Positions 30,293 through 33,339 of a DNA stretch of 33,339 bases are shown here, piece after piece. Source of the DNA: Glaciecola sp. (GTDB taxonomy: Bacteria > Pseudomonadota > Gammaproteobacteria > Enterobacterales > Alteromonadaceae); the NCBI GenBank assembly GCA_047621065.1, contig JBLHMY010000001.1, positions 1 to 33,339 of the forward strand, in the 5' to 3' direction. The notes beneath the pieces were generated by a model. That model saw only the letters and a program-made list of their open reading frames with translations, was not told the DNA's origin and did no database searches. A program made the position numbers and the translations under genes. Every line of letters begins with the position of its first letter. Positions within the stretch are counted from its first letter, which is position 1.

Positions 30293-31528
30293 ATGCCTAT
30301 GTCGCAGTATTGTGATTTGATTATAGAGAACGTCCAGATTGCATCCATGCAATACAATGGAATGCCTTATGGAGCTGTACCCTATTCGGCAGTTGCTGTA
30401 AAAGATGGTCTAATTTTTGATATTTACAACCCAACTATCAAACCCTATCACGCGGCTAAAATAGTTAACGGCAATAACAATTGGTTGCTACCTGGTTTAA
30501 TCGATTGTCATACTCATTTAGTCTTTGGTGGAGACCGTTGTGAAGAGTTTGAACAGCGCTTACAAGGTAAATCTTATGCCGATATTGCCAGGCAAGGAGG
30601 CGGCATTCAAAGCACCGTTAAAGCAACTAGAGCTGCGACAAAACAACAACTATTGAAAAGTGCTTTAAAGAGAGCCTCACGACTAGCAGACGAGGGGGTT
30701 ACTTGCATTGAAGTAAAATCTGGATACGGGCTAGATTTACATACAGAAATAAAAATGCTGGAAGTTGCACAAGAAATTGCCGACCATTTACCCCTAACAA
30801 TAGTCACTACCTATTTAGGTGCTCACGCTTTGCCGCTAGAGTACTTAACTAAACCCAATGAATATATAGACTTCATTTGTGATCATGTTATACCTGTTAT
30901 CGCCGACCGTAAATTGGCGACCTCGGTAGACGTGTTCTGCGAATCTATTGGATTTAATCTTGCTCAATGCCAACAAGTCTTCGAAGCTGCAAAATCACAT
31001 AAGTTAAACATTAAGGCTCATGCAGAACAGCTATCGGATTCGAAAGGCGCCAAACTAGCCGCTAAATTTGGTGCATTGTCGGTTGATCATATAGAGTATC
31101 TTGCACCATGTGATGTTCCGGCTATAAAGCACGCTGATTCGGTTGCCGTGTTGCTTCCAGGGGCTTTTTATTGTTTGAATGAAACCCAAAAACCACCGGT
31201 TGCAAGCCTAAGGGAAAACAATATTCCTATTGCCATTGCTACAGATCTTAATCCAGGTAGTTCGCCAATCGCCTCATTGTTAACGGTAATGAATATGGCA
31301 TGTGTATTGTTTGGACTCACCCCACAAGAAGCGCTGTTTGGCGTAACTGTTAACGCCGCTAAAGCACTTGGTATGACGAACAAAGGCTGTATAGACCAAG
31401 GTATGGATGCCGATTTATGTTTATGGGAAATAAGTCACCCCTCAGCACTTTCTTATGGCATAAATCAACACAGGCCAATTGCAAAATGGATTGGCGGATC
31501 TATGGTGCCAACAAATAAACATGTCTGA
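30293..31528 (+). CDS. hutI: Imidazolonepropionase
   Basis: PGLIDCHTHLVFGG, EVKSGYGL, LGAHA, DVFCE, HAEQLS, ATDLNPGSSP. Start is 30293 or 30299. Confidence 0.97.
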   Translation: MPMSQYCDLIIENVQIASMQYNGMPYGAVPYSAVAVKDGLIFDIYNPTIKPYHAAKIVNGNNNWLLPGLIDCHTHLVFGGDRCEEFEQRLQGKSYADIARQGGGIQSTVKATRAATKQQLLKSALKRASRLADEGVTCIEVKSGYGLDLHTEIKMLEVAQEIADHLPLTIVTTYLGAHALPLEYLTKPNEYIDFICDHVIPVIADRKLATSVDVFCESIGFNLAQCQQVFEAAKSHKLNIKAHAEQLSDSKGAKLAAKFGALSVDHIEYLAPCDVPAIKHADSVAVLLPGAFYCLNETQKPPVASLRENNIPIAIATDLNPGSSPIASLLTVMNMACVLFGLTPQEALFGVTVNAAKALGMTNKGCIDQGMDADLCLWEISHPSALSYGINQHRPIAKWIGGSMVPTNKHV

Positions 31529-32543
31529 TTTAAATACATCTTATATTTGGCACGGTAGAGAAGACCTTGAAGACGGAACAAAAGGCCTGCGCTGGCATCA
31601 AGTCATTAAGAAGACTAATCAACACTTTGTGGGCACCAGTGCTTGCACCTTAGTTGGGTTTGAATGCGATACTGGTGTAGCGGCAAACAAAGGCAGAACA
31701 GGCGCATCGCAAGGTCCAATGGCTATTCGCGATGCTTTGTCAAACATGGCTTGGCATGGTAGCGCCAGTAATATAGGCTTGTTGGATCGCGGAGACGTTA
31801 TCACCACAAGTACCTTAGAACATGCGCAGCAATCTTTTGCTAATCAAATTGAAGCAAGCCTAGCAACCAGCGAGTTGGTCATTGGCATCGGCGGCGGCCA
31901 TGAAATAGCATGGGGCAGTTTTCTGGGATTAGAACAACATCTGCGTAAAAAATTGCCCCTAGGAAAACCAGCCAAAAAGATAGGCATAGTTAACTTTGAT
32001 GCTCATTTTGATCTTAGAGTACCTTCTCCATCAGCTAGTTCAGGCACACCATTTAGACAAATAGCCGAACATTGTATTAGCACGGGACAAACTTTTGATT
32101 ATGCCTGTATTGGTGTTGCACAACCGTATAATACGCGGGCTTTGTTTGAATATGCTAAGCAGCTAAATGTACGTTATTTGTTAGATATAGACTGCACAGT
32201 CGAAGCCGCAAAAGAACTGTTAAAACCAATGCTCTTAAACGTAGACGAACTCTACGTTACTATTTGCCTAGACGCCTTCCCAGCCTCAATTGCACCGGGC
32301 GTAAGCGCGCCTTCGAGTCTAGGCATTTCGCCCCAATTCGTTATTCAATTAATACGGTGGTTGGTCGATTCACAACAAAGCTTACACTACCATTGGCAAC
32401 TAGCAGACATTGCTGAAATGAATCCGAAATTTGATATTGGAAATATAACCGGAAAACTTGCGGCGAGGCTAATTTTTGAAATACTTGCTTGTCACTTAAA
32501 GGCCGCACAAGAAATAGTTAATATTACCCCCGCCCCCCTTTGA
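31521..32543 (+). CDS. hutG: Formimidoylglutamase (arginase family)
   Basis: W.GR.D.EDG, NKGRTGA..GP, GGGHEIAWG, NFDAHFDLR, APGVSAP, DIAEMNP. ATG 31521 overlaps the hutI stop (ATGTCTGA). Confidence 0.95.
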   Translation: MSDLNTSYIWHGREDLEDGTKGLRWHQVIKKTNQHFVGTSACTLVGFECDTGVAANKGRTGASQGPMAIRDALSNMAWHGSASNIGLLDRGDVITTSTLEHAQQSFANQIEASLATSELVIGIGGGHEIAWGSFLGLEQHLRKKLPLGKPAKKIGIVNFDAHFDLRVPSPSASSGTPFRQIAEHCISTGQTFDYACIGVAQPYNTRALFEYAKQLNVRYLLDIDCTVEAAKELLKPMLLNVDELYVTICLDAFPASIAPGVSAPSSLGISPQFVIQLIRWLVDSQQSLHYHWQLADIAEMNPKFDIGNITGKLAARLIFEILACHLKAAQEIVNITPAPL

Positions 32544-32581
32544 TGTAATCGGCCAATAGTAATACAGGCCAACTTACAAGC

Positions 32582-33339
32582 TTATGGTTTACCAAGCACA
32601 CACTTTCTATAGCGCTTGGTTAGTCTAGCGAGTCTCAATCTGTCTTGTATCAAACTAAACAATGGGGAGGCATCTTGCTTTGCTCCTTTTAATTTACCAA
32701 TCCGTTGTAGCTGTCGTCTTACTAGCGCCATAGTAGCCAATGCCGACAAGGTTTTGTTTTTCCAATTAACCTTAGGCGTAAATGCGACCACCTCGGGATC
32801 AGATTTCCACACTTTAACTAAATCACTGTGATACGCCATGGCGCTAGCAATACCTACCAAATCGATATGTTCATTAACAACTTGATTGGCAACCGCAAGG
32901 CGACTTATTCCGCCTGTGATCATTATTTTAAGTTTAGTTTGTGTAGCAATCAATTTAGCAAATTCCAAGAAATATGCTTCGCGAGATAGAATATGTGCAT
33001 CATCGCTACGTCCTTGCATCGCAGGGGCCTCATAACTACCACCAGACAGCTCAACAAAGTCGATATTTGTCGCTTCTAATTGTTGCACAACAAATATCGC
33101 GTCGTTAATGTCAAACCCGCCGCGCTGGAAGTCTGCTGAGTTAAGCTTTACAGAAACTGAAAACTTGGAAGACACAGCCGTTTTTACACTATTCACAATA
33201 TCTATTAACAACCGTGAGCGGTTTAAAATTTCGCCGCCCCACTTATCAATGCGTTTATTCACCAGCGGTGATAAAAACTGTGATAGTAAATAACCATGGG
33301 CGGCATGAATTTCAACACCATCAAAACCAGCTTCTTCAG
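32582..33339 (-). CDS. NADH:flavin oxidoreductase / old yellow enzyme family (partial, 5' end beyond the window)
   Basis: The frame stays open past the track's GTG start: EEAGFDGVEIHAAHGYLLSQFLSPLVNKRIDKWGG, VKLNSADFQRGG, ELSGGSYEAPAM. Confidence 0.92.
   Translation of the reverse strand, partial: EEAGFDGVEIHAAHGYLLSQFLSPLVNKRIDKWGGEILNRSRLLIDIVNSVKTAVSSKFSVSVKLNSADFQRGGFDINDAIFVVQQLEATNIDFVELSGGSYEAPAMQGRSDDAHILSREAYFLEFAKLIATQTKLKIMITGGISRLAVANQVVNEHIDLVGIASAMAYHSDLVKVWKSDPEVVAFTPKVNWKNKTLSALATMALVRRQLQRIGKLKGAKQDASPLFSLIQDRLRLARLTKRYRKCVLGKP

Noticed and set aside
1-33339. CRISPR arrays, IS elements, integrases, prophage or defence genes, riboswitches
   Set aside because: No regularly spaced repeats, terminal inverted repeats or matching protein motifs were seen by eye; an Infernal/Rfam and DefenseFinder run would be needed to exclude divergent cases.

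Overview
About 33 kb of an AT-rich marine gammaproteobacterial chromosome. Gene content and order suggest Alteromonadaceae (Glaciecola/Paraglaciecola-like); this is an inference. Most of the window is core or housekeeping sequence: tyrS (partial) divergent from an M23/LysM peptidase, plsC-rraB, the conserved valS-holC-pepA<>lptF-lptG-RDD-tRNA-Leu(CAA) block, and a complete four-enzyme histidine utilisation cluster (hutH-hutU-hutC<>hutI-hutG) with a perfect HutC operator. Accessory genes are interspersed: SRPBCC, a D-2-hydroxyacid dehydrogenase, an Hpt + degenerate HD-GYP fusion, a GST, a 763-aa U32 (RlhA-like) protein with two Cys4 clusters, DUF5062, AraC<>MATE, a 63-aa CxxC/CxxC 'YGGTWK' protein, an extra long-C-terminus isocitrate dehydrogenase with a divergent CbbR/CmpR-type LysR regulator, a PEP-CTERM gene with a sigma-54 promoter and enhancer-like sites, a small His-rich beta-barrel, and a partial old-yellow-enzyme gene. 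I saw no integrase, transposase, CRISPR array or phage gene. I cannot claim a clearly new multi-gene system. The best leads are the CbbR-like LysR/IDH pair, the Hpt-HD fusion, the double-cluster U32 protein, the His-loop beta-barrel and the YGGTWK mini-protein.
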